A stretch of DNA of 64,000 nucleotides from assembly GCF_009914755.1 (NCBI RefSeq), contig NC_060928.1, one strand, 5' to 3'. This stretch comes from the human T2T-CHM13v2.0 reference genome, Homo sapiens. The notes below the pieces were generated by a model, which ran no database searches, was not told the DNA's origin, and worked only from the letters and a program-made list of their open reading frames with translations. The position numbers and the translations under genes were made by a program. Below are positions 1 to 20,064 of the stretch, piece after piece. Position 1 is the stretch's first letter, and the number at the start of each line of letters is the position of its first letter.

Positions 1-1027
1 TTATTATTTTGGGAAATATTCATTCAATACCTAGTTTATTGAGAGTTTTTAACATGCAGGCATGTTGAATTTTATCAGAAGCCTTTCTGAAGCTATTGAG
101 ATAATCATGTGGTTTTTGTCTCTAGTTTGGCTTATGTGATAAATCGCATTATCAATTTGCATATGTTGAAACAACCTTGAATCCTGGAAATAAATCCTAC
201 TTCATCATGGTGGATTACCTTTTAGATATGCTGCTGGATTCAGTTTGCAAGTATTTTGTTGAGGATTTTTGCATCAATATTCAATAAAGATGTTGGCTTG
301 AAGTTTTTTTGTTTTTGGTTTTTTTGTTTTTTGTTGTTGTTGTTGTTTGTTGTTTTTTTATCTTTTTGTGTGTGTGTGTGTTTCTGCCAAGTTTTGGCAT
401 CAAGATAATCCTGGTCTCATAGACTGAGTTAGGAAGTAGTCCCTTCTCCTCAATTTTTTTTAATAGTTTCTGTAGAAACTGTACCAGCTCTTCTTTGTAC
501 ATCTGGTAGAATTCAGCTATGAATCCATCAGGTCTTGGTCTTTTTTTTTAGTTGGTAGGCTATTTATTACTGATTCAATTTCAGAACTCATTATTGGTCT
601 GTGCAGGGAATCAATTTCTTCCTGGTTCAAGTCTTGGGAGGATGTATGTGTCCAGGAATTTACCCATCTCTTCTAGGTTTTGTACTTTGTGTGTAGAGAT
701 GTTTGCAGTAGTTTCTGATGGCTGATTTTATTTCTGTGGGATCTGTAGTAACATTCCCTTTGTCATTTCCAATTGTGTTAGTTTGAATATTCTCTCTTTG
801 CTTCATAAGTCTAGCTAGTGGCCTATGTATTTTATTAATTTTTTCAAAAACCAACTCCTGGATTCTTTGATCTTTTGAATGTTTGTTCGTGTCTTGATTT
901 CCTGCAGTTTAGCTCCGATTTTTGCTATTTTTCATCTTCTACTAGTTTTGGGGTTGATTTATCCTTGATTCTCTAATTTTTCAAGTTGTGAAGTTAGGTT
1001 GTTAATTTGAGATTTTTCCAAATTTTT
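1..1027 (-). mobile_element. Older primate L1 (L1PA13-16/L1P4-type), ORF2 part; host of a nested L1, continues at 7608
   Basis: Degenerate ORF2 translations (281..502, 660..854). The sequence resumes colinearly after 7608. Confidence 0.85.
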
Positions 1028-7607
<6,580 letters not shown>

Positions 7608-9403
7608 TTTTCAACTTTTTGATGTGGAAATTCAGTACTATGAATTTTCCTCTTAACACTGCCTTAGCTGTATCTCAGAGTTCTGGTATGTGTTATCTTT
7701 GTTCTCATTATGTTCAAATAACTTCTTGATTTCTGCCTTAATTTCATTATTTACCCAAAAGTCATTCAGAAGCATGTTGTTTAATTTCCATATAATTGCA
7801 TGATTTTGAGTGATTTTTTTATAGTCTTGACATCTATTTTTGTCACACTGTGGTCCAAGGATGCGTTTGGTATGATTTCAGTTCTCTTACATTTGTTGAA
7901 GATTGTTTTATGTCCAATGATGTGGTCAATTTCAGAGTATGTGCCATGTGGCAATAAGAGGAGTATATATTCTCTTGTTTGGGGGTGGAGAGTTCTGAAA
8001 AGGTCTATCAGATCCATTTGGTCCAATGTTGCATTTAACTCCTGAATATCTTTGTTAATTTTCTGACTCAATGATCTGTCTAATACCGTCAGTGGGGTGT
8101 TGAAGTCTTATTGTGTGGGAGTCTGTGTCTCTTTGTAGGTCTCTAAGAATGTGCTTTATAAATCTGAGTTCTCTTTGTTGGGTGCATATATATTTAGAAT
8201 AGCTAGGTCTTCTTGTTGAATTGAAACCTTTACCATTATGTAATGCCCTTCTTTGTCATTTCTGATCTTTGCTGGTGTGAAATCTGTTTTGTCTGAAATT
8301 AAGATTGCAACCCCTGCTTTTTTTCTGTTTTCCATTTGCTTGACAGATTTTCCTCCATCCCTTTATTTTGAGCCTATGAGAGTCATTACATGTAAGATGG
8401 GTCACTTGAAAACAGCATACAATTGGGTCTTGCTTTTTTATCCAGCTTGTCTTTCTGTGCCTTTTAACTGGGACATTTAGTCCATTTACATTCAAAGTTA
8501 GTATTGATATGAATGGATTTGATCCTGGCATTGTGCTGTTAGCTGGTTATTATGTTGGCTTGTTCATGTGGTTATTTTACAGTCACACTGGTCCTGTGTG
8601 TTTAAATGTGTTTCATATTAGCTGGTAGTGGTGTTTCCTTTCTATACATGGAGCTTCTTTCAAGATCTCTTGTAAGGCAGGTCTGGTGGTAATGAACTCC
8701 CTCAACATCTACCTATCTGAAAAGGACCTTATTTCTCCTTCACTTAGGAATCTTAACTTAGCTGGATATAAAATTCTTGGTTGAAGATTTTTTCTTTAAG
8801 AAAGTTGAATATAGGCCCCCAGTCTCTTGGTTTATAGGGTTTCAGCTGAGTCGGCTGTTAGCCTCATAGAGATCCCTTTGTAGGTAACCTGCTCTTTCTC
8901 TCTAGGTGACTTTAACATTCTTTCTTTCATTTCAACCTTGGAAAATCTGAGGATTCTGTGTCTCAGGGATGATCTTCTTGTGTAGCATCTTGCAGAAGTT
9001 ATCTGTATTTTCTGAATTTGACTGTTGGCCTCTCTAGCAAAATTGGGAAAGTAGTCATGGATTATATCCTTAAATATGTTTTCCAAGTTGTTTGCTTTTT
9101 TCCCTTCCCTTTCAGGGATGCCAGTGATTCACAGACTTGGCCTCTTAAAATAATCCCATACTTCTTGGAGGTTTTGTTCATTCCTTTTTGTTCTTTTTTC
9201 TCTGGTTTTGTCTGACTGTCTTATTTCAGAGAACCAGTCTCCAAATTCTAAGATTCTTTACACAGCTTGGTTTCTTCTGCTATTAATACTTGCAATTCCA
9301 TTGTGAAATTCTTGTATTGTGTTATTCAGCTCTGTTAGACCTGTTAGGTTCTTTTTTATACCAGCTATTTCATCCTTCAGCTCCTGTATCACTTTATTGT
9401 GAT
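7608..9403 (-). mobile_element. Continuation of the host L1 (ORF2 endonuclease region and 3' part of ORF1), 5'-truncated
   Basis: ORFs 7781..8071 and 8256..8531 (ILTLNVNGLN, endonuclease start) and 8832..9086 (ORF1). Confidence 0.88.
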
Positions 9404-10788
9404 TTTAAAATAAACCAATTTTAAAGCAGGATTTATATTATCATTATTATTCCCTACAGAGCCAAGTAGTGTGGCCATACACAAGTAACAAATTTTATGT
9501 CATCAAACTCCTGCCTCTTGAAGAATATGTCATACATGAGCTAAAATGACTTCTTCATTAATTAGTTTTCACTTTACTTTGTCTAGGAAATGCTCGGTTC
9601 ATATTCATCTTTGTCTTTATGTCACCATTCTTTTGTTTCCTTTTTTTATTTCACTGGAGCAACTCCACATATGAAGACATAGAGTTACTAAACTTTATGA
9701 ACTATTGCATGTCAGAAAATTATTTTCTTGATTCATTTAATTGAAACTTTAGGTAGAGGGAGAACTCTATATCCAAAATCATTTCCCCTGAGAAATTTAA
9801 GAAAATATTACTTCACCATCTCCTAGCCTTGAAATGCGGCTAATGTTGCTAAGCTAGTACCTGACATAAGTTATATTTCTCATCCCTTTGTGGGTTACCC
9901 AGCGACTTTACTCTGTGGAAGCTTCAAGGATATTTGCTTTAGTTAGGATCTTCTGAAAATGAAAAAAAAAGTGAAAAGGACATAGGTATTTTTATATTTA
10001 TCCTCCTTGGCATTCTGTTAAGCTCCTCAAATCAGTAACTTATGTTTTTATTCAGCTTGAAACAACTTTCTGTTTTCTATATCAAATAATTATTGTCTCA
10101 ACATTCTGCTTCTAGAATGCTCAGTAAACAGATGTTTTGTTTATGTTCATCCTCCATTTGTCACATTTTCTTTCTATTTATAATCATCTAATGCTTATGT
10201 CATGGTTTTTTTAAAAGAATAAAAAATATTTCCCTGGGATGTTGTAAAAGAAATAAGTCTTTGATATGAAACCAGAAGTCTGGAAGGGAGCTATATTTTT
10301 TATGCAAAGATACAACTGGGAAAATTAAGCTATCAAATCATCTTTTAAGACTGCAGCATATCCATAAGTAAAATACCTGGGAGGTAAATTTTATTTTTAT
10401 TTAAAGTAAATAATAAAATTAATTCCATTACTTTATACATTTGAGATATTATTTCAATTTTATTTTGAGATCAATAATTTGGATTTTTCATTACATACAC
10501 ATTATACACCCACCTGTTTGAAGTGTATTGTCATTTGCAAAAGAGATTTAAAAACCAAGCTTTCTATGTGACTAAACTATTCTGCTTCTTGGGTAACCAG
10601 AGTCCCACTGAATAATTTTAATTGCAAATGTTTCATGTCAGAAAAGAGAACACTAAAAAGAAGTTTTCAGATCTAAAGAGGGACAAAGTTAAAAGAAAAA
10701 TATGTAAATTAAGTCAAAAATATTGGTGAAGCAACTTGTCTTCCTTTAGAGCAGATGTGCACCATCTTTTTTCACTACAAAGTTTAAC

Positions 10789-10868
10789 ATATATATGTAT
10801 AGATACGTTTTAAATATATATATGTGTGTATATATATATATATTTAAAACGTATCTATACATATATAT
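10789..10868. repeat. Perfect AT-rich inverted repeat with 35-bp arms and a 10-bp spacer
   Basis: atatatatgtatagatacgttttaaatatatatat (10789-10823) is the exact reverse complement of 10834-10868. Confidence 0.95.
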
Positions 10869-11649
10869 ACACATACTGCCTTCCTATGGATGCTTCCTAT
10901 GGATGCTTTCAGAAATTTCCATTGTTTTTTCCTACTACCTGTGATATTATGATAGAAATAACTTTGAATCCATTCAATGACTCCTAAGCATAAAAGCATT
11001 ATATTAGTAATAAATTAGTCATGGCATACTTCACAATGGATCCTGAGGTGTGTACAACAATGACTCACTTGAAAAATACAGTTGAACTCTAAAATTCCTC
11101 AAGATGAAGAAATAATCCATTAAAACAGCACTATTAGTTAAAAATTACTCAGAATCTACTACATGTAAAGAATATTGCTAGATGATTTTAAACTGTCTTT
11201 TGAATTTATAATTACAAAAATCTCATAGAATAGAACCTGATGCTGATTTTGACTACATCTCAGATTCCAATAATGCCTCAGAAAAAAAAATAATAAGTCC
11301 ACTCCTGAATAGCTTTCACCAAATTAATCTAATTGCTATTATTTCCAAGACATTCAGAGTTATATTAACTAGCATTGCATTTGTCATTCCCTTAAATTAG
11401 TTCATCATGATCTTGTACCAGTTATTTTACAATCAAAAATATTACAAATCAACTGTTGGCATTATCTCACGTAGCAGAATTTTATTTCAGCAAGTTATAC
11501 TCTGTTTTCATTGATTAGCTACATTTTAAACCTTGTTTAATAATCCTGTTTTGAAATTTGTTATTAACAATATCTTCTCAAGATAGTCCAATTTCTACAA
11601 AAATGTATTTTAATAACACCTTGTTCACAAAAGGCTACACTGTAACATT

Positions 11650-12004
11650 TGTCTTTCTCTGTTTGGAGTGCTATAACAAAATACCATAAACTGGGTAGCT
11701 TGTAAATGAAATTTATTTCTCACAGGTCTGCAGGCTGGAAAGTTCAACACCAAGGCACAAGCAGACTCAGTATCTGGAGAGGCCCTGCTTCCTCATAGAC
11801 AGTATCTTCTCTGAGTCCTCATGGTAAAAGGGGCAAACGAGCCTGCCTGGGCCTATTTTATAAGAGTACTAATCCTATTTATGAGGTCTCCACCCTCATG
11901 ACATAATCACCTCCCAGAAAGTGCCACCTCCTAATACCATCACCTTGGGAGTTAGGATTTCAACATATGAATTTTAAGAGGATACAAACATTTAGACTCT
12001 AGCA
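11650..12004 (-). mobile_element. MaLR solo LTR, MLT1A-like
   Basis: TG...CA termini, typical gctataacaaaataccataaactgggt and atcaccttgggagttaggatttcaacatatgaattt motifs, 5-bp TSD acatt (11645-11649 / 12005-12009). Confidence 0.85.
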
Positions 12005-12599
12005 ACATTATCACTGGGTCCAACTTTTTAACTCTAAATTTTACTTTGATATATTTGTAAATTCAATCTGAATTGCTCAACTACTAATTTTTTAATTTAA
12101 TCTGCTTCACTGTTTTCAATTTACTCACTACTAGGTATTTATTTTAAAAAATGGAAATTCAGAAAAATTTATAGCCATACCATTTAACATACAGGTCAAC
12201 AGGAGTAAAAATAAATCACTCAGGAGTCTTAGATTTCAAGACAAATTCACATTGAAAAGAGAAAACATTTGCACTATGAGTAAAATGAGTTGAACCTAGT
12301 AAATCTTTTGCTCCATATACAACACAGCAAGTTCAGCTTTCATATATGTCCTAAGAATGAATGTTCTCTGACCCTACAAGGGATGTTGCATGTAATAATC
12401 TCTCATATAGTAATTCTGGACTTTGGCATAGCTTGAAGAATTTTGTTGAACTTTAAAAATATAAAAGTATCGGTCTAGCCAAGGAGGTTACAGCACGCTA
12501 CCAGTTACCTCACTCAGGTCCTAATATAATGTTTATGTTATGCAGCCTCCTCCATGATTTCTAGATAATGAAAATATTTGATTGTAGGAGTATTCTTAC

Positions 12600-12710
12600 C
12601 ATATCTGGTACTTTCATAGTTCTTTTGGCTCTTGACAAGAAAGCAGCATATTTGTTAGTCAAGTTAGGTAATTCATCAGAAATTCCCACACCCTGTGAAT
12701 GCCAAAATTC
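12600..12710 (-). CDS. STPG2: Coding exon, 111 nt (EFWHSQGVGISDELPNLTNKYAAFLSRAKRTMKVPDM)
   Basis: Acceptor cccttctttcaacag|GAA, donor ATG|gtaaga. Phase 0-0, 37 open codons, AFLSRAKR motif. Continues the recalled protein after DYQ. Confidence 0.93.
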
Positions 12711-14457
12711 CTGTTGAAAGAAGGGGTTAAAAAGAGTACATCATTTATTTTTATCAATACAAGAGGCACTATAAATAATAAGTTTGCAATGAAGTTCATC
12801 AGTATTATCTGGCATTAAATAAAGACACATATTCATAAACAAATAAAATTTTCAAAATATGACACAGAAAGAAAAAGCTGTAAGTCAATGAGATATTAAA
12901 ATGGAAAAAGAATTGATTATATGAACCTCTAGGTAAGTATAATGGATCTGCACACATTACTTAAACATATTAGCTATGTTCTATTTCATAACCAGCAAGT
13001 TCTGTCTCAATAATATATTAGTATAAGATACTTAGCCAATTATATAGTATTATTTAACAATTTATTATTAATAAAAATATATTTACATTTAACCATTTAA
13101 TTTTGTGGCAATTCTGGGTTAATATATTTTCTAAGCAAAATGATCCACTCACTCTCTTAAATATCATAATTCTTTATATGCATTGAAGATTTAAATTAAT
13201 AGGCTAGAGGAATCTAGTAATGTAATATTTCAATGAGCAATTAATCCTTGTGATACTTTCTATTTTGTCATACAATTTATTTGTATTCATTTAATTAAAT
13301 AGAATAAACAGCAGCAACATCCTTTGTATATGCAAAAGGGGTAAGAATCTATTTTCCCATTTTTTTACACATTTTACTGTTTTTGTTTCAGAATTTGATA
13401 TTCATAGTTAATATTTCAGAATTTGACACATAGTAGCTAATAGACATATTTCTTTCTTGGCCCATTTTTTGGTAACATTAATTTACTAAAACATCCATTA
13501 CCCACCTAATGTATCTGTGACATGATCTGCCTCTACCCAAAATGCTGAAGATGGCACTTCTCCACTTTTTTCCACATGATATTATTCCAACCTATCCACT
13601 CCAGATAATATAGGTAGCTTCTATCACTTTCAAAAATAGAACAATCACAGTCACATCTTTTAAAAATGTGAAAGCCTTTGAATATAGAACATCTAAGCCA
13701 GCATTATTATTTTTGTGTAGTTTTTAAATTGTTTGAAGCTGAAAAATAACTTATTTTTATAATAATTTTTATTTCGATAGCTTTTGGGGTACAAGTGGTT
13801 TTTCCTTACATGGATGTATAGTACAGTGGTGAATTCTTAGATTTTAGTGCACCCATCACCCACGTAGTGTACATTGTACCCAATAAGTAGTTTTTTATCC
13901 CCCTATTCTCCTCCCACCCTCCCCTTTCTAAGTCTCCAAAGTCCATTATATCACTCTGTGTGTCTTTGCGTACCCATGGCTTAGCTCTCACTTATCAGTG
14001 AAACCATACAGTATTTGGTTTTTCATTCCTGAGCTAGTTCACTTAGAATAATGGCCTCCAGCTCCATCCAAGTTGCTGCAGAAGATATTATGTTATTCTT
14101 TTTTATGGCTGAGTAGTATTCCATGGTGTATATATACCACATTTTTTCTATCCACTCATTGGTCAATGGGCACTAAGATTGGTTCCATATCTTTGCAATT
14201 GTGAATTTGGCTACAATAAACATACACATGCAGGTGTCTTTTTAATGTATTGACTTATTTTCCATTGGGTAAATACCCAGTAGTGGGATTACTAGATCAA
14301 ATCGTAGATCTATTTTTAGTTATCTAAGAAATCTCCACACTGTTTTCCACAGAGATTGTACTAACTTACACTCCTACCATTAATTTATAAGCATTCTCTT
14401 TTCAAGACCCCAACATCTATTGTTTTTTTGGGTTTGTTTATTGGTTTTTGTTCATTA

Positions 14458-14949
<492 letters not shown>

Positions 14950-17900
14950 TTATTTTCTTGCTGGTTTGTTTGAGTTCCTTGTAGATTCTGCATATTAGTC
15001 CTTTGCCCAATGCATAGTTTGCAATATTTTCTCCCATTCTGTGGGTTGTCTGTTTACTCTGGTGGTTATTTCTTTTGCTATACAGAAGCTCTGTAGTTTA
15101 ATTAGGTCTAATTTGTTTATTTTTGTTTTAGTTCCATTTGCTTTGGGAGACTTAGTCATGAATTCTTTGCCTAAGCCAATGTCCAGAAGAGTTTTTCTTA
15201 CGTTATCTTCTAGAATTTTTATGGTTTCAGGTATTAGATTTGTCTTTAATCCATCTTGAGTTGCTTTTTATATAAAATGAGATGTAGGGATCCAGTTTCA
15301 TTCTTCTAAATGTAGCTATTCAGTTTTCCCAGGACCATTTATTGAATAGGGTGTCCATTCCCCAATTTATGCTGTTCTATGCTTTGTCAAAGATCAGTTG
15401 GTTGTAAATATTTGGCTTTATTTCTGCATTCTCTATTCTGATCCATTGATCTATATGTCTACTTTTATATAAGTACTGTGTATTTTGGTAACTACAGCCT
15501 TGTAGTACAATCTGAAGTCCAGTAATGTGCTGCCTCCAGATTTGTTCTTTTAGCTTTGTATTGCTTTGGCTAAGCAGGCTCTTTTTTGATTCCATATGAA
15601 TTGTAGGATTGTTTCTTTTAATTCTGTGAAAAATGATGCTGGTATTTTGATAGGAATTGCATTGAATCTGTCAATTGCTTTGGGCAGTATGGTCATTTTC
15701 ATAATATTGATTCTTGCAATCCGTGAGAATGGGATGTGTTTCCATTTGTTTGTGTCACCTATGATTTCTTTCGGCAGTGTTTTGTAGTTCTCCTTGTAGA
15801 GATCTTTCACCTTGGTTAGTATATTCCAGGATATTTTATCTTTTTTGCAGCTAAAGGAGATTGAGTTTATTTCATTCTCAGTTTGGTCATTGTTGGTGTA
15901 TATCAGTGTTACTGATTTGCGTACATTGATTTTGTAACCTGAGACATTACTGAATTTGATTATCAAATCTAATCTTATCTCTAGGCTTATCCAGTCAACA
16001 CTTTTGAGAAATCTCTAGGGTTTTCTATGATATATAATCATATCATTGGTGAACAGCAATAGTTTTACTTCCTTTTTTGCAATCTAAATGCACTGTATTT
16101 CCTTCTGTTGCCTGATTGGTCTGGCTAGGACTTCTGGTATTTTGCTGAATGGAAAGTGGTGAAAGTGGGGATCTTCATCTTGTTCCAGTTCTCAGTGGGA
16201 ATGATTTCAACTTTTCCTCATTCAATATAATGTTGGCTGTGGGTTTGTCATAGATGGTGTCTATTAATTTGAACTAAGTCCCTTTTATACCTAGTTTATT
16301 GAGGGTTTTTAATCATAAAAAGATGCTAGATTTTATCAAATGCTTTTCTGCAGCTATTGAGATAACCATATGGTTTTTGTTTTTAATTGTTTATGTGATG
16401 AATCATATTTACTGACACGCTTATGTTAAACCATCCCTGCATCCCTTGAATGAAGCCCACTTGTTCATGATGTATTATCTTTCTGATGTGCTGATAGATT
16501 CAGCTATCTAGTATTTTGTTGAGAGTTTTTGCATCTACATTCATCAGGGATATTGGTCTGTAGTTTTCTTTTTTTGTTATGTTCTTTCCTGGTTCTGGTA
16601 TCAGGGTAACACTGGCTTAACAGAATGAGTTAGGGAGGATTCCTTCTTTCTCAATCTTTTGTAATAGTTTCACCAGTAGGATTGGTACCAATTCTTTGAA
16701 TGCCTGGTAGAATTCAGCTGTGAACCCATCTGATCCTGGGCTTTTTTTCTTTGTTGTCAATTTTTAATTACTGATTTAATATTGCTGCTTGTTATTGGTC
16801 TGGTCTGGGTTGCTATTTCTTCCCAATTTAATCTAAAAAAGTTGTAGGTTTCCAGGAATTTATCCATTTCCTCTAGATTTCCTAGGTTGTGTGCATAGTT
16901 TGTGTTTCTAGTTTGTGTTCATGGCTATCTCAAATGATCTTTTGTGTTTCTGTGGTGTAGGTTGTAATGTCTCCAATTTTATTTCTAATTGACCTTATTT
17001 GAATCTCCTCTCTTCTTTTCTTGGTTAATCTAGCTAAAGTTATATCAATTTTATTTGCCTTTTCAAGGAACCAACTTTTTGTTTCATTGATATTTTGTAT
17101 TGATTTTTTGTTCAAATACATGTAGTTCTACTCTAATCTTTGTTACTTCTTTTCTTCTAGATTTGGGCTTAGTTTGTTCTTGTTTCTCTTATTCTTTGAG
17201 GTGTTACATTAGGTTGTCAGTTTGTGGTCTTTCAGGCTCTGATGTAGGCATTTAGTGCTACAAACATTCCTCTTAGCACTGCATTTGCTGTATCCCAGAA
17301 GTTTTGATGACTCATGTCACTATTATTCATTTCAAAGAACTGTTTAATTTCCAACTTGATTTCATTTTTAACACAAAAATCATTCAGGAACAGATTGTTT
17401 AATTTCTATGTATAGGTATAGTTTTGAGGGTTTCTTCTGGAGTTGATTTCTATTTGTATTCTGCTGTGATCTGAGAAGATACTTGCTACAGTTTTTATTT
17501 TTTCACATTTATTGAGACTTGTTTTGTGGTGTGTCATATAGGTCTATCATGGAAAATGTTCCATGTGCTGATGAGAAGAATGTATATTCTGAAATTCTTA
17601 GGTAGAATGTTCTGTAAATATCTGTTAAGTCCATGTGTTCTAGAGTGTTTAAGACCATTGTTTCTTTGTTGAATTTCTGTCTCAGTCATCTGTATACTGC
17701 TGTCAATGGGGTGTTGAAGTCCCCCACTATAATTGTGTTGCTTTCTATCTCCTCTCTTAAGTCAAGTAGTAATTGTTTTAAAAATCTGAGAGCTCCAGGG
17801 ATAAGTGCTTATACATTTAAAATTATAATATCTTCTCGTTGAATTGATCCTTTTATCATCATATAATGATCTTCTTTGTCATTTTTTACTGCTGTTGCTT

Positions 17901-19333
17901 TAAAGTTTGTTGTTGTTTTATCTAATATAAGAATAGCTACTCCTGGTCACTTTGGGTTTCCATTTGCATGGATTAACTTTTACCACCCTTTTACCTTGAG
18001 TTTATATAAATCCCTCAATGTTAGGTGAGTCTCTTGAAGACCAAAGATATCTAGTTTGTGATTTTTCTTATCTAATCTGCCAATCTGTATATTTTAAGTG
18101 GACCATTACGCCATTTACGTTCAACATAATATCAAGATACTGTTCCAATCAACATGTGAATTGTTACTTACTTTTTTTTCTTCATTGTATTATTGTTTTA
18201 TAGGCCGTGTGAGTTTTATGCTTGCAAGAGGTTCTATTCTGGTGCATAATGGGCTTTTGTTTCAAGATTTAGACTCCTTTTAGCATTTCTTGTAGGGCTG
18301 GTCTGGTAGTAAAAAGTTTTCTCAGCACTTATTTGTCTGAAAATGACGTAGTTTTGCTGGATACAAAATTTTTGGCCGATGGTTATCCTATTTAAAGAGG
18401 CTAAAGATAGGACCCCAGTCCCTTCTGGTTTGTAAGTGTTCTGCTGAGAAGTCTGCTGTTAGTCTGAAAGGTTTTCCCTTACAGGTTACCTGATGCTTTT
18501 GCCTCATGGCTCTTAGAATTATTTCATTCACATTGACTTTAAATAGCTAGATGACTATATGCCTTTGTGTTTTGTTTTTTGTTTTTTGTTTTGTTTTTTG
18601 TTTTTGCAATGAATCTCACATGAGTTCTTTGACTTTCTTGTATTTGGATATCTAAATCACCAGCAAGGCCAGGGAAGTTTTCCTCAATTTCCTCAAAAAA
18701 TTATTCTACTTATTTTAATCTATTGTTAAAACCTCCACTGCATTTTGTAGTTCCCTAAATGTGTCTTTCATTTCCAGAAGTTCTGATTTGTTTCTTTTTA
18801 AAATATTTATCTCTTTAGAAATTTTTTCATTCATATCCTGAAATTTTTTTAATTTCTTTATGTTAATTTTCACCTTTCTCTAGTATCTCAAATAAATTTT
18901 CCAAACATTATACTTTCTCTTATTCCTCAAAACACCAATTATTATTAGGTTTGGCCATTTTACATAATCTATTATTTCCTGGAAACTTTGTTCATTTCTG
19001 TTCTTTATTCTTTATTTTTCTCTGACTGGGTTAGCTTAAAAGCCTTGTCTTCAAGCACTGAAACTCTTTCTTCTACTTGTTCTAGCCTATTGTTAAAACC
19101 TCTACCACATTTTGTAATTCCCTAAATGTGTCTTTCATTTCCAGAAGTTCTGATTTTTTTCTCTTTAAAATATGTATCTCTTCATTCATATGCTGATTTT
19201 TTCAAAATTTCTTTATGTTGGTTTTCACCTTTTTCTGGTATCTCCTTGAATACCTTAGTAATTAATCTTTTGAATTCGTTTTCTGGTATTTCCAAGATTT
19301 CATCTTGGTTTGGATCTATTGCTAGAGAGCTAG

Positions 19334-20064
19334 TGAAACTGCCATTGCAAAATTATAACTGAGAAAATTATTTCAGTGAAAGACCAACTTCATCTTTCTT
19401 CTGACCTCCACGCTGTCCATGTTCATTGCTGGGCATAAGCTGAACTAACTTTGGGAAAACTTAGTTTATAGTTTAACTTTGAAACAAAGACAATAACAGC
19501 CCTTTTCCAAAACAAACACCCTTCCTGTTTGGAGACTAGATTGCCTTTGTAGGACTAACAAATTAGCCACAAGATTAGAAATTATGGTTTAGGAGTCATG
19601 CAGCTGGACTCCTCTCATGCTACCTCTACACAATTCTGACCCTCCCCAAATTGCTCCTGGGGACAATATCACTATTGTAAAACCTAAGGTCAGTGTTTGA
19701 GATATTTACAGACCCTGCACTTGATGAATCAGCTGGCACCATCCAGATCAACTAACTGGTTTATCTGGTCTTGTGGCCCCCACCCAGGGACTGACTCAGC
19801 ACAAGAAGACAGCTTTGACTCCCTATGATTTCATCTCTGACCCAACCAATCAACACTCCTGACTCACTGTCCCCTACCCACCAAATTGTCCTTAAAATCC
19901 CCAATTTCCAAGTTTTGGGGGAGACTCATTTGAGTAATAATAAAACTCTGGTCTCTCATACAGACAGCTCTGCATTAATAACATTTTCTCTATTGCAGTT
20001 CCCCTGTCTTGATAAATTGGCTCTCTCCAGGCAGCAGGCAAGGAGAACCCATTGGGTGGTTACA
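19334..20064 (+). mobile_element. ERV1 solo LTR, LTR8-like, inserted in L1 ORF1
   Basis: Starts tgaaactgccattgcaaaattataactgag, ends cccattgggtggttaca, AATAAA near 19938. 4-bp TSD ctag (19330-19333 / 20065-20068). Confidence 0.85.

Noticed and set aside
12509-12520. Possible 12-nt micro-exon or alternative donor (GAG|gtaact)
   Set aside because: No polypyrimidine tract, and extending the 111-nt exon to this donor hits a TAG. No supporting evidence.
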